From Ministeria vibrans ATCC 50519 (taxonomy: Eukaryota; Protista; Filasterea): 64,000 nucleotides of DNA. Made by a program: the position numbers and the translations under genes. Under the pieces are notes generated by a model. The model saw nothing but the letters and a program-made list of their open reading frames with translations, had not been told where the DNA came from and made no database searches. How positions within the stretch are numbered: the stretch's first letter is position 1; every line of letters begins with the position of its first letter. The stretch spans positions 52,671-116,670 of the forward strand of contig CALSCP010000894.1 of NCBI GenBank assembly GCA_943704425.1, read 5' to 3'. Below, piece by piece: positions 44,294 to 55,233 of the stretch.

Positions 44294-44770
44294 TAGAAGA
44301 ATATGGAGTTGACTGGAGTTGATGATAAGGTGTTTTCTTTTGTGTTTTCTTTTTACGAGATCAAACGGTACTGCGACGGTGATGGAGGGCCATGTGGCGT
44401 TGAGGATGTCGGCAGAAAGAACGTCGAGCGTGGCGGGCTGGACGACAAAGACGCGGAGGTGGGCAATGGCGGGGGCGGGGCGGGTGAAGGAAAGGGCGGT
44501 GTTGGCGCCCTTGAGAAACAATGCCACGGGCGCACCGGCCACTGCGAGCCGCCCGAGCTGCTGTGACGCCTCGATGACATCAAAGCCGGTGATGTGGTTG
44601 TGGATGCGCCCAAAGCCGGCAATGGTGTGCGCCAGATCGCCGACAAAGGGGACTGCGGAGTCATGCAACGGAGTCAGCCAGTGCGGCAGAAGGGCCTCTT
44701 CGCCCGCGCTGCTTGGGACCGACGGGCTTTTCCGAAACAGAAACGCGTGTTCGCAGGCCTCTTGGAGCAT
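34439..44770 (-). CDS. Giant DUF6606-DUF3638-DUF3645 P-loop NTPase (SF2 helicase-like core), 4 exons: 44770-44357, 44208-43620, 43565-42818, 42710-34439 (~3,340 aa)
   Basis: N-terminal HAFLFRKSP and PWRRS; LYLAALHAHTSSLLPDPFTGVTG; FELENDL; Walker A QNMGEGKTSV; DEVDDVL; AVPYRAKDMP..EFG; GFSGTND; HTRGTD; QAAMRMRKLG; EEQERE. Splice phases are consistent. Confidence 0.85.
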
Positions 44771-45038
44771 AGCAAGTGACCAGAAGATGAGAAAGAAAAA
44801 AAGTGAATGATGAAAATAATTAATAGAAGGTAATTTAGGTATTCAATGTCAACACAAGATCGTGATGAGTACAATGAAGGAATAATAAAATCGCTTGAAG
44901 TTACCACACTATCAATAAAAAGACGTGGATTACTTATGCTTTATTGTGTATTGAAAAATTGTGGAGGAGACTGTTTTCTGGAAAGACTTGCTTGGTCGTT
45001 ATTATTGTTTGTTTACTATGTTTGTGTGTTTTTGTTTT

Positions 45039-46287
45039 TCACAATTGGCCCTTCGAGGCATTGCTATTGGCAAGAGTGCGTGCATGGAAGGCGTCCTGGG
45101 CGGCAGTGTGGTTGGCGTCGAGACCCTTCCAGGCGACGAGGCACGAGTGCTGGAGGGCGCGCCCAAAGCAGAAGGAGATGTGCCAGGGACACTTGGCGGT
45201 GCGCGCGCACTGGTTGAGGGCATTAAGGAAGGCACTGGCCTCGGATTCGGAAAGACCGCCGCTAAGGAAGAACACGCCGGGAACTGCGACGGGAACAGTG
45301 CGCTGGAGCACACGCAGAGTCGCCTGCGCGACACTCGTCGGGGTGTTGGGGGTGTCGGTGTGGGCCAGGCCGCACGTCACCAAGTTGGGCTTGAGCACTG
45401 TGCCTTCAAGGAAGGCGCCGTACGCATGTAGACGCGCATATATGGACTGCAGCACGCGCTCTGTCACCGATTCACACACCTGATTCAAATACGAACAGAG
45501 CAATGAGTACAAAATGTCGATTTTCGCTTTTTTTTTGTCTTGTTTCGCTGACTTCAATGCTGTGATTGCCTGCCATGGAAATATCTGGCTCGACAATGGG
45601 CACGAGGCCTGCTGCCTGACAAATGGTCACGTAGCGCGCAGTCGAGTGGGCGTGCTCCTCCAGTGCCTGCGCCGTGGGTGCGCCTGTGCTCGCGTCGATG
45701 ATGTAGGGACACCGCCACTTGGCAAACTGGCACCCGGCCTTGACTGCAAGCGCTGCGCGCGACTCCAGCGAGTCCAGTCCCGTCTGGCAGGCTACACATC
45801 AGGAGCGTAAGGAGGGAGGCTCACAATAATCACAACAATGCGTCTCCTTACTCTCTCCGGGCGCCCCTCCTCCCAGCGGCACCGTTGCAAGATCACTGTT
45901 GTCGACATTGACCCCCGGCAGGATGCCGCGGCCCAGCAGAATCTGAGGCAGCGTCACACCGGCGGTGTTTGTCTCGGTCAACGATTCGCGCCACAGAATC
46001 ACTCCGCTGAGGTGCTCTTCAACGCCGGGCGTCGTAAACACCATCTCGCGGTACTTGAAGGACGTCTCCGCCGTGGCTTCGACATTGATTTTGTCGAAGC
46101 GATTCTGCGCAGTTTTGAGGATTGTTTATTATGGTACTGTGTGTAGATGTGGGGTGTTTGCGAATTGTTGCCTTACCTGCAGAACCGCAGGCCATTCGTC
46201 GGCCGCGAGCAGTCCCTTTCCTGGTGACGCCAATCGTGAGGCTACAGCAGCGAGGTTGGCCCGTTGAGATGAGCTGAGGGATGACAT
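45039..46287 (-). CDS. Class I fructose-bisphosphate aldolase family protein, divergent (4 exons)
   Basis: GKGLLAADE, SGVIL, FAKWRC, VPIVEP, EGTVLKPNLV (Schiff-base Lys), FLSGGLSE and FGRALQ. Confidence 0.92.
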
Positions 46288-46464
46288 GGCGCAAAAATTG
46301 TATTATTGCAAAGCTCGATTTATTCTAATGTGTCCTACTGTTGAATTTTTGATCTCGGCAAAGAAAAAAACTCTTTTACTTTGAATTTAGAGGTAGTATA
46401 GAACATGCCAAACTGTCAAGTGACAAGCTGTTTTAGAAAGGGCTCTTTAGGCTATTACATAAAT

Positions 46465-47314
46465 TTACACATCCGTCTCGCTGTCAGTCGCATCATCGCC
46501 CGCCGTTGCCTCACGCTCACGCTCGTTGCTCTCGACAAGCGCCAGTTCATCGTCATCAGACACACAATCCTGCTCATCGCGCACTCTTACTTGTCCCACC
46601 ATCTTCTTGTGGCGACGCGCCAGCCAATCACTCGCTACCACGGCCACAACACACGACACACCGGCCACAAGAAACGCATAGCGATAGCACTCTGTGCCCA
46701 CGCAGTCAGCTTCATTTATCGGCTCAGTACCATTCACTGTGCTGTTGTTCGACACACTTGGGTGCTGACGCGCACTTTCCAGCGCAAACAAGGCATTGTA
46801 TATCTGCCCATAGGCCAATGTGAAACCCGCCGGCGCAAGCACAACCAATCCCCAGTTCATTCCAAAGTGCGCTCGCCCAAACAGCTCAGTCACAAGCACA
46901 GGTCCACACGCAAACAGTCCGCCAAAAGACAGTCCCAACAGCACCGACGCAAGAATGAGCTGCGACGGAGCGCTAAACACCGTCAGATGCGCAATCAGCG
47001 TAAACACAATCGTCACGAACAGCACGCGAGAGCACACAATAAACGCAGACACTCGATCAATCACCCTACACACACCAAAACATAAGACTTAAAGTCATGA
47101 CAGTGCAACTAATAAAGCTAAAAAAAATGATACCAGCCCCAAAATATCCTTCCTAGCATATTGGAGACAGCAAACACAATCGCAAGCGTTTCCTTCTCCA
47201 CATCGACGCCCGATGACTCCACCAGAGCTCCAATCTTCGCAAGATACATTGCAATTCCTCCGTCCTAATCGCATGCAAAGACAGAGTCAAAAAACGAAAG
47301 GAGAAAGAACGCAC

Positions 47315-47393
<79 letters not shown>

Positions 47394-48990
47394 NNNNNNN
47401 NNNNNNNNNNNNNNNNNNNNNNNNNNNNNNNNNNNNNNNNNNNNNNNNNNNNNNNNNNNNNNNNNNNGACGCTCCATTGCAATAATACTCAAACCCGCCT
47501 CATGTGCCAGTGAGAGAGAGAGAGAGGAGAAAGAAACAAAGTGATAGAGAGAGAGAGAGGGGGGGAGAAAGAAACAATAAAAAGAGCAAATGTAAGTGAG
47601 TGAGTGTGAGTGAGTGGGGTGTGCGAATGGGATGAAAATTTCAATTTTGAAATTTCCAAACAGTAAAGGGGGTCTCTCTCTTTCTCGAGTTCTTCTCGAC
47701 AAACCTGAATTCCCACTGCCACAAAAATGAGCCAGAAATTGAAATTGCGCAGCATTTGCACTCCATAGATGTCAATGTCGTCCGGAACTGTTTCAATAAT
47801 GGTAGCGTCCGGGTCTAAGGTCAGATTCTGTTCCTCTTCTGGCAACGACGAATGCCGTTCCGTCATAGCAATGTCGTTTAAGGAAGCACTTCCTTTGGAG
47901 GGTGCAGAGGTGAAGAAGGCGTCGCGATCGAGTCGACGCACAAAGATGGACGCAAGAATGCACACAGCAAGTGTTTCCAGTGCAAAGAACAAATAGTAGT
48001 AGTGCTGGATGGATTCAGACTCTTCAAAAGCCTCTAAGAAGAATCATATACAATGTCAGGCATCCAAGCACAAGACTGTTTGTGGGTCGTACTGAGAATG
48101 AGAGTGAAGAAGGCCACGCCAATGGCAAAACACGCCGACATGAACCCACCGACTTTGCCGCGTTGCGACGCAGGTGCATTGTGGAGGTTGACACCCATGC
48201 AGACAGTGTACATTGTGTCTGTAAGCAAAGGAGAGAGAGCCAGGAAAGAAAAAAAAAAGGTGATAGAGAGAGAAAGAGAAAGAGGAACATAGTCATAAAG
48301 AGAAGCAAAGTGAAAGAGAAAGGAGAGAGAAATAACAAAGTGATAGAGAGAAACATAGTGATAGAGAGAAAGAGAAACACAGTCATAAAGAGAGAAGCAA
48401 AGTGAAAGAGAAAGGAGAGAGAAACAACAAAGTGATAGAGAGAAACATAGTGATAGAGAGAAAGAGAAACACTCTCATAAAGAGAGACAGAGAAAGGAGA
48501 GCAAAGTGATTGAGAGATGATGAGGACTCGCTTGAGTCGTACGTGAGCCCTGGCCAATGCAGAAGAACAGGAAGCCCATGAGAGCAGCGGCTGCGTGGGT
48601 CGTAGCAAAGGCCATAAACACGCCAAAGTAGGCGAAGAACAGCACAGTGCCGCCAATGAGACTGTGGGACGAAAGAGCGGTGGGTCGGTCGAACGGATTG
48701 GATCTGCGGCCGTACCTGGTCCTCTTGGGGCCCAGCTGGTCGTACAGGATGCCGCCGAGGATGCCAAGGTAGAGCCCGACGGTGCCCATGGTCTCGACGG
48801 TCGTTGTCTAGCGAGGAGGAGGCGTGAGACGGGATTTGTGGCACAGTCGAAGGGCTACTTGTGACTCGGAAAAGCCCAGGACGTGCTTCAGGTCGGCGCC
48901 AGTCACGCCCAGCATGAACACAGCACCGGCACTCAAGTTGACCAGGCCCCCGATGATGATAGAGAGCAAGTGGGCGCGGGCGATCATCAT
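46465..48990 (-). CDS. MFS transporter, nodulin-like/Mch1-type (many exons; gap in one intron)
   Basis: N-terminal AGAVFMLG...LKHVLGFSESQ, GILYDQLGPK, NAPASQRGKV.G, NFNFWLIF, ELFGRAHFGMNWG and CVGTECYR. Confidence 0.8.
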
Positions 48991-49040
48991 TGAATAATTC
49001 TGTGTCGTCAAATTATTGTGTGTTTTTATTGCAGATCACT

Positions 49041-50100
49041 CTAAAACTGCCCAATGGTGGCGTACGATCTTCTCTTGCGCGACCTGATGTACACAACAAG
49101 GCCAATGAGAAGACATGCGCCAATGAGGCCGCCCATGATGCCGCCCACAATGGCTCCCTCGTTGCTCTTCTTCTTGTGCTCGGGCACGGGGTACTGCGAG
49201 GCAAGCAGGGGCGCACAGGGCACGGTGGCCAGGAACATCTGTGAGTCGAGGAAGTCGTTGGGGAGCACCTGGCACGACGCGAGGTCGCCTTCGAAAGTGT
49301 GCGATGGAGCTCCGGTGCAATTGGGATTGGGAAAGCCCGTGTACGAGACACTCGTGTCGGCGACGTTGAGAATGTGCTACGCAAAGAGACGAAACGGAGA
49401 GAAAGGCATGAATCAGAGGCACGCGGACTGAGGAGAATAGAGCGGTACGGAGAAGTTGTTGTAGGCGATGGTGACACAGGCGTCGGTGGTGGGGCTGATC
49501 GTCTTCAGAAGCTGTATGTAGTAACGATTGACTTTGGAATCGTCAAAGCCACATCCTGCGGTGGTAAGGCCCTCAACGAGACTCAGGGTGTCCGGTGCAA
49601 GCGTCGGGAGTTGCGCTTGGGAGACAGAGAGCGCACACGAGCCAGTGCGGTTCAGCAGCTGGAACATGCCGCCGTCTGCCGCAGCACAGCCGCCGTCTGC
49701 GATGGTCACGTTGCTCGAGCAAATCAGTTTTCCATCGGGCCCGCACGGGGGAGTGAGCAGGTCGGTGCAGCCGCAGCCGTACAGCAGACTGAAGGACTGC
49801 AGAGAGACGGACCGTTAGAACTTCGCTTGGCTGAAACACACTCTGTCTGCTTACGCCGGCTGTCTCGAGCGGCGACAGCTTGTAGAACACATTAGCAATG
49901 GGCGTTTGGACCGTCCACTCGCCGACAGCGTTGACCTGGCGCGACTGGATGCTGAAAATGTCGCGTGCGGAGAGAACGGCGGGTGGACAGGCGGTCGCAT
50001 TGCCCGCATACGTGTTCAGCGTGTACTCGTAGTCCTCCGCTGTGCATGCACCCACAAAGAAGGCCGCGGCTGTCGCCACAAGGAGTGTCAGGTGAACCAT
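49041..50100 (-). CDS. Unknown type I membrane protein with a Cys-rich ectodomain (3 exons)
   Basis: Signal peptide MVHLTLLVATAAAFFVGACTA; Cys-rich ectodomain with N-glycosylation sequons; TM GAIVGGIMGGLIGACLLIGLVVYI; stop-transfer RSRKRR; short tail SYATIGQF. Confidence 0.75.
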
Positions 50101-50248
50101 TGCACAAAATAATGATTAGTAAGTGAAGTAAGAAGTTTGAAATTGAATATCGGTATAACTTATGATTTTAGATTTTTCACTGATTTCTTGATTCTTCCAC
50201 GTTTTACGTTCTCTTCTGCCGACAAGCACTGGCGACTTGTATCCGACC

Positions 50249-53200
50249 ATGTCTGACGACGAAGCGCCTCCGTACAATCGATAATTGCGCATTTCATCCC
50301 TTTTTGACATTTTCTTCTTTCTCTCCGGGTTTTTGTCTAAGTGAAACCGCGCCACTGTTGCGTGCCGGGTCAAAGGTCATTACTATTGAGGTGAGATTGA
50401 GTCGTCTTTCTCCACTTTGTCTGTGTTCTATTTCTTTTGTTCTTTTTCAAAACACCAAATTCACTTATCGTCTCGTTGAGCGCAGGTCGACGACGACGAC
50501 ACGCCGGCCACCTCTGTTGCTGAAGATCCCGGATCATCCGTTCAGACCAAGAGCAAATGGAGCATTGTGCGGTACGCAGAAGCGATAAAAAGCAAATGAA
50601 TTCAAATGTTTGGCAAATGCCGTTGAAATGACTGCAACAGCGACATGACTCGCTCGTCTGGGCGACATGGGAGGGGGGGGGGGGGGGAGTGGTGGGGTTG
50701 TGTGGGGCGCCAGTGGTGATTATGCGCTTGGGATTGTGCGTACTGGCTGAGACTGTTTCCGCTGTGTTGACATTGTGTGTGTGTGTGTACATATAATATA
50801 ATAATAATAATTAATTATTATAATTAATTATTATAATAATAATAATAATTATAATTATATTGATATAATTATTATAATATATATAGACGGAAGAAGCGCG
50901 TAATCCAAGTGATTGCTATGATGGGCGAGCGCCTTCAAGTGATGCAGCGTGGTGCGTTGGCGACACAGCCTGAGTTGAAGAAGCGCACCGGCGGCTTTTG
51001 CGGTGGAATCATTCGGGACTTGAAGACGCGCTGGCCGCACTATGCGTCCGACTTCAAAGATGGCGTGACGGGCCCACGTACCATCTCGAGGCTGTGCTCG
51101 GCCATTGCCTTCCTCTACTTTGCCTGTCTTCTGCCTGCCATTGCCTTTGGCGTTCTCAACCAGACGGACACCGATGGCGCTATGAGTACGAGAAGATATA
51201 CAGTGTGAAGGGGAAGTTTGAAGGGGGGGAATAACCGCACTCCTGTTCCTACTGCAGCTGTCGAGAAGATCCTCTTCTCTCAAGCATTTGGTGGCATAGT
51301 TTTTGCTTTGATTGGTGGACAACCACTCATTGTGATGCTCTCAAGTAAGAACAAGAAGTGACAAACATTATATATCATATCCCTCATCCTGTGTCTCTAC
51401 CCTTTTCCCCCCTCAGCCGCTCCGCTCGCTCTGTTCATCAAGGTCATCTACGACGTTGCTTCCGCCAATCACGTTGATTTTCTTGGTTTCTATGCCTGGG
51501 TGGGTCTCTGGAACTGCTTCTTTCTCATCATTTACTCTGTCTTTGAGGTACTTTTTCCATTCTTTTTTTTTGCATTACTGTCTTTCTCACGTTTTCTTTT
51601 TTTGATGTAGTTGTCATTTTTAATGCATTTCTCTCGTCAGAGCACTGAAGAAACGTTTGCGTTTTTCATCACAATTGCCTTCATGAAAGTAATTCGATTC
51701 ATGTGAAATTGAGCAACAGAGTCAACTGAGACTGATTGAATATGTGGCAATTGTGCATAGGATGGAATCACTCCGCTTGTGAGCGAGTTTCAGTCTCACT
51801 GGTCCGATTCCCCGTCTCTTCCTCTTGCGTATATGATTTTGCTCTTTGGAACGGTAAAATTTGATTCATTAACATTGTAATTATAGTTTGATTCATTCAC
51901 AGCGTATCCCATTCACTGACTCACGCACTCTTTATCATTTTTTTCTCTTCTTATTAGGTTATTGTGGGTCTCTATTTGCTCTCCCTTCGCAGTTCCGTGA
52001 TGTTTGGCAAAACCATTCGCGAACTCATCAGTGACTATGCACTCCCTATTTCCGTCGTTTTTATGTCGTTTATTGGTTCGTATGCCTTCAGAGATATTCC
52101 GCGTAAGTGATTCAGTCAGTTTCATCTCATTCTCAACACTCCTTATGTGTGTGTGTGTGTGTTTTCAGTTGAGAAATTCACAGACGGACACGAAAGCCGA
52201 GTCAATATTTTCATATTAAGCAATCTTGGCTCTGTCTCTGTGGGTTACGTCTTTATTGCACTTCCCATTGGATTTGCGCTCTCTCTTTTGTTCTTTATGG
52301 ATCAGAACATTTCTTCTGCGATGGTTAATAACCCGAGAAACGAGCTCAAAGTAAGTACCTGATATCGTTACTTGGTTTACACATGTGACGTTTTATCCTT
52401 GTTCTGACGTTCTATCTCTTTGTGCTGATCATGTGAATGTAGAAAGGAGCATCGTTCCATTGGGATCTGTTTGTGGTAGCAATTATCAACATCTTCCTGT
52501 CACTGTTTGGTCTTCCGTGGGTGCATGCTGCGCTGCCGCACTCCCCACTCCACATGAAAGGTACTCGAAATGACACACACTCACTCTGGTTGTGCCGTTG
52601 GATTGTGTCTGCTCTCCAGTGTGTTATTCCGCGTCTCAACGCTTTCACTTACCATTGTCTCTCCCGTATAGCACTGGGGGATATCACTGAGGTGACAGTG
52701 GACGGCCAAGTGCACCCCAAAATGGTCAATGTGCGCGAGACCCGTCTAAGCGGTCTCATTTCCCATCTCCTTATCCTCTTTTCCATCTTTATGTATCCCA
52801 CTCCTCTCAAAGATATTCCAATGGCCGTAAGCTAATTGTGTTTGTTGAGAGAGGAAAACGAGACTCACTCTTTGGTTGTGTAGGTTCTCTACGGTCTGTT
52901 TGTGTATGTCGGTTGGACTGCCCGTAAGTTCTGAAATGTTACTGAAATGTTTCTGTCACTCGTTGACGCACTGTTTCTGTTACTCTTTGACTCACACTTT
53001 GAGTTCTACTCTGTCACTCATTGAGTTATGCTCTGTCACCTATTGAGTTGTACCCTGTCACGCTTTTTTTTGACTCACTGTCACTATTTTTAGTGGATGG
53101 AAATCAGTATTGGAACCGACTCTGTCTGATCTTTATGAGCAAAGTACCATTATAAAACACATTTGCTGCAGTATGTTCTAACTCCTTTTTCTCTCTATGT

Positions 53201-53673
53201 GCCGTATATGTTTCTGTGCTTATAGGATGACATTCCCTCTGATATGACATTTGTGAAGAAACTCCCGGCCAAGCAGATCCATATCTTCACACTGCTTCAG
53301 ACGATTGCATTGGTTGTGCTGTGTGTGATTGGGTTTGCACCGTCTGCGTATGTGGAGATGTGCATGCCTGTTGCTTTGGCGCTGATGCTGCCTCTCAGGT
53401 AGTGCAAGAGGGAGAACATACATATTATGCGTGTGTGTGTGCGACAGAGAGAGAGAGAGAGAGAGTGTGTGTGTGTGTGTGCTTGTGTGGGAGAATATGT
53501 GTGGTGAATGAGTGAGAGTGAGTGCGTCCTAGAGGGTGGTGGGTCGAAATCTCTCCCCTCTTTCATTACTTCTTTTTTTTAACTCATATTTTGGTTGTTG
53601 TAATTATAGACATTTGGTGTGGCCTAAGTTTGTGACTTCCGAAACACTCAAAGAGCTCGACGGAGAACCATAA
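50249..53673 (+). CDS. SLC4 family anion transporter, SLC4A11/BOR1-like (many short exons)
   Basis: DLKTRWPHYASDFKDG, FLYFACLLPAIAFG, GGQPLIV, STEETFAFFI, LFFMDQNISS, LFGLPWVHAALPHSPLH, VRETRLSG and DGNQYWNRL. Ends ELDGEP-TAA. Confidence 0.9.
52952..53092. repeat. Degenerate intronic repeat of about 21-25 bp (ctgtcactc.ttga)
   Basis: About six recurrences of ctgtcac/ctgttac followed by ttgag/ttgac within one SLC4 intron. Confidence 0.6.
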
Positions 53674-53742
53674 ACACAGAGAAGGAAAGAAAAATAAAGC
53701 AAAACTACAATAATTGATACAAAAAAAAGAAGAAATAGCCGA

Positions 53743-54621
53743 TTAATATTGGGAGCGCTGCAAGAGACGCTGCGCGTGTTTGTAGACGGGAGCATCGACA
53801 ACAATGCCTTCATAGTCGAATGCGCCGATTCCTTTACTTGCGTGCTCCTCAAACAGCCGAACAATCTCTTTAGCACGCGAAATTTCGGATGCGTTGGGCG
53901 CAAAGTGTGCTTGGACGATGGGGATCTGTCGGGGATGAATGGTTTGCTTGCCGCGGAAGCCCAGGGCAGCGCCATCGACACATTCGCGTGTGAGCTGTGA
54001 GTCGTCGCGGTAGTCAATGCACACCATGTCGATGGGCTGCAGACGCGCCGCGACGGCATGGAGGACAATGGAGGAGCGTGCAAAGGCCATTTCAGCACCA
54101 GCCGGGGTGCGAGTCGCTCCGACGTCGGCACAGTAGTCTTCGGAAGCGAAGATGAGAGCGTCGGCGAGCGGCGAGGCGTGTGCGATGCTGCCGAGCGCAA
54201 GAACACCCTTGGCAGACTCAATGGCGAGCAGCAGACGCGGCGGGGAAGTCGTTGCCTGGCGCAGTATCTTCTCCACGGCCAGCACGTCGTCGGCGCTCTC
54301 GATTTTGGGCAGGACAAGCGCGTCAATGGCGGACAGACTGTCGGGCGCCAGAATCGAATGCAAATCATGCTCACCGCCCTCCTCAAGCGCATTGATGCGC
54401 ACACACACCTCAAAGGCACGCTCCCCAGACGCAGCTGACATCTCGGCAAGCAGGGCGTGCGTCTGGCGCCTTGCTGTGTCCTTGGCGCCGGGTGGAACGC
54501 CGTCCTCCAGATCAAGCACCACGGCGTCTGCGCCCAAGCCGCCAATCTTGCTCAGTTTTCGAAGATCGTGAGCAGGAACGCTCATGAGTGCGCGTCTTGC
54601 TCTATTCAGTGTTCGAATCAT
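53743..54621 (-). CDS. CLYBL: Citrate lyase beta-like / citramalyl-CoA lyase (CitE/HpcH family), intronless
   Basis: RRALMSVP, LDLEDGV, VRIN, LPKIES, IESAKG, IFASEDYCAD, IDMVCIDY and GFRGKQTIHPRQI. Short Arg-rich N-terminus. Confidence 0.9.
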   Translation of the reverse strand: MIRTLNRARRALMSVPAHDLRKLSKIGGLGADAVVLDLEDGVPPGAKDTARRQTHALLAEMSAASGERAFEVCVRINALEEGGEHDLHSILAPDSLSAIDALVLPKIESADDVLAVEKILRQATTSPPRLLLAIESAKGVLALGSIAHASPLADALIFASEDYCADVGATRTPAGAEMAFARSSIVLHAVAARLQPIDMVCIDYRDDSQLTRECVDGAALGFRGKQTIHPRQIPIVQAHFAPNASEISRAKEIVRLFEEHASKGIGAFDYEGIVVDAPVYKHAQRLLQRSQY

Positions 54622-54891
54622 AGTAGGGTATAAATTAGATGAGAAGAAAATTGTGTGTAAACTGTAAAATAATGTTGATCACCAATCCGCATTCCGCAAG
54701 ACCTGATTCAGACTTTCTCCTGAGTCTTCCGCTGAAAAATCAAAACAATAGACTGCAGATTGATAGTTTGTCAGTGATGGAGCACCGGTAATTGTGTCAG
54801 TGGAAAATACCACAACAAAGTCTATTCGTTGACTTGATTTGATTTGCATTTTGATTTACAATTTCGTTGATGACTTGATCATTCATTTTCA

Positions 54892-55233
54892 ATGTCTTCT
54901 GCGTCCTCAATCTACCGCCACATCCTGCGTCTTCTCCGGTCCTCATCTGTCACGCCTGACGTCAAAGAGCGTGTTCGATTCATCTCCCGCGTTGCCCTTG
55001 AGGTAATCGTTTGCGCGTGATGTTAAAACAAAAAAATAGTCGCACGAGTTTCTGATTTTTCTGATATTTCTGATTTTTCACAGTCACCGCTTGCGCCGAA
55101 GCGCAGCGAGGCAGATATCCAGGCCATTCTACGAGGCCTTGAAGAGTCTCTGGGCATCTGCGTGAAGAACCCGCGTCCGCTGAATCCAACGGAAGAGAGC
55201 GCAAAGCGCAATGGCAAGCGCACGCAGCAGTGA
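54892..55233 (+). CDS. Small LYR-motif-like protein (86 aa, 2 exons: 54892-55002, 55084-55233), not in the ORF track
   Basis: MSSASSIYRHILRLLR resembles the LYRxLLR motif. Strong donor GAG|GTAATC and acceptor tttttcacag, both phase 0. Stop TGA at 55231-55233. Confidence 0.6.
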
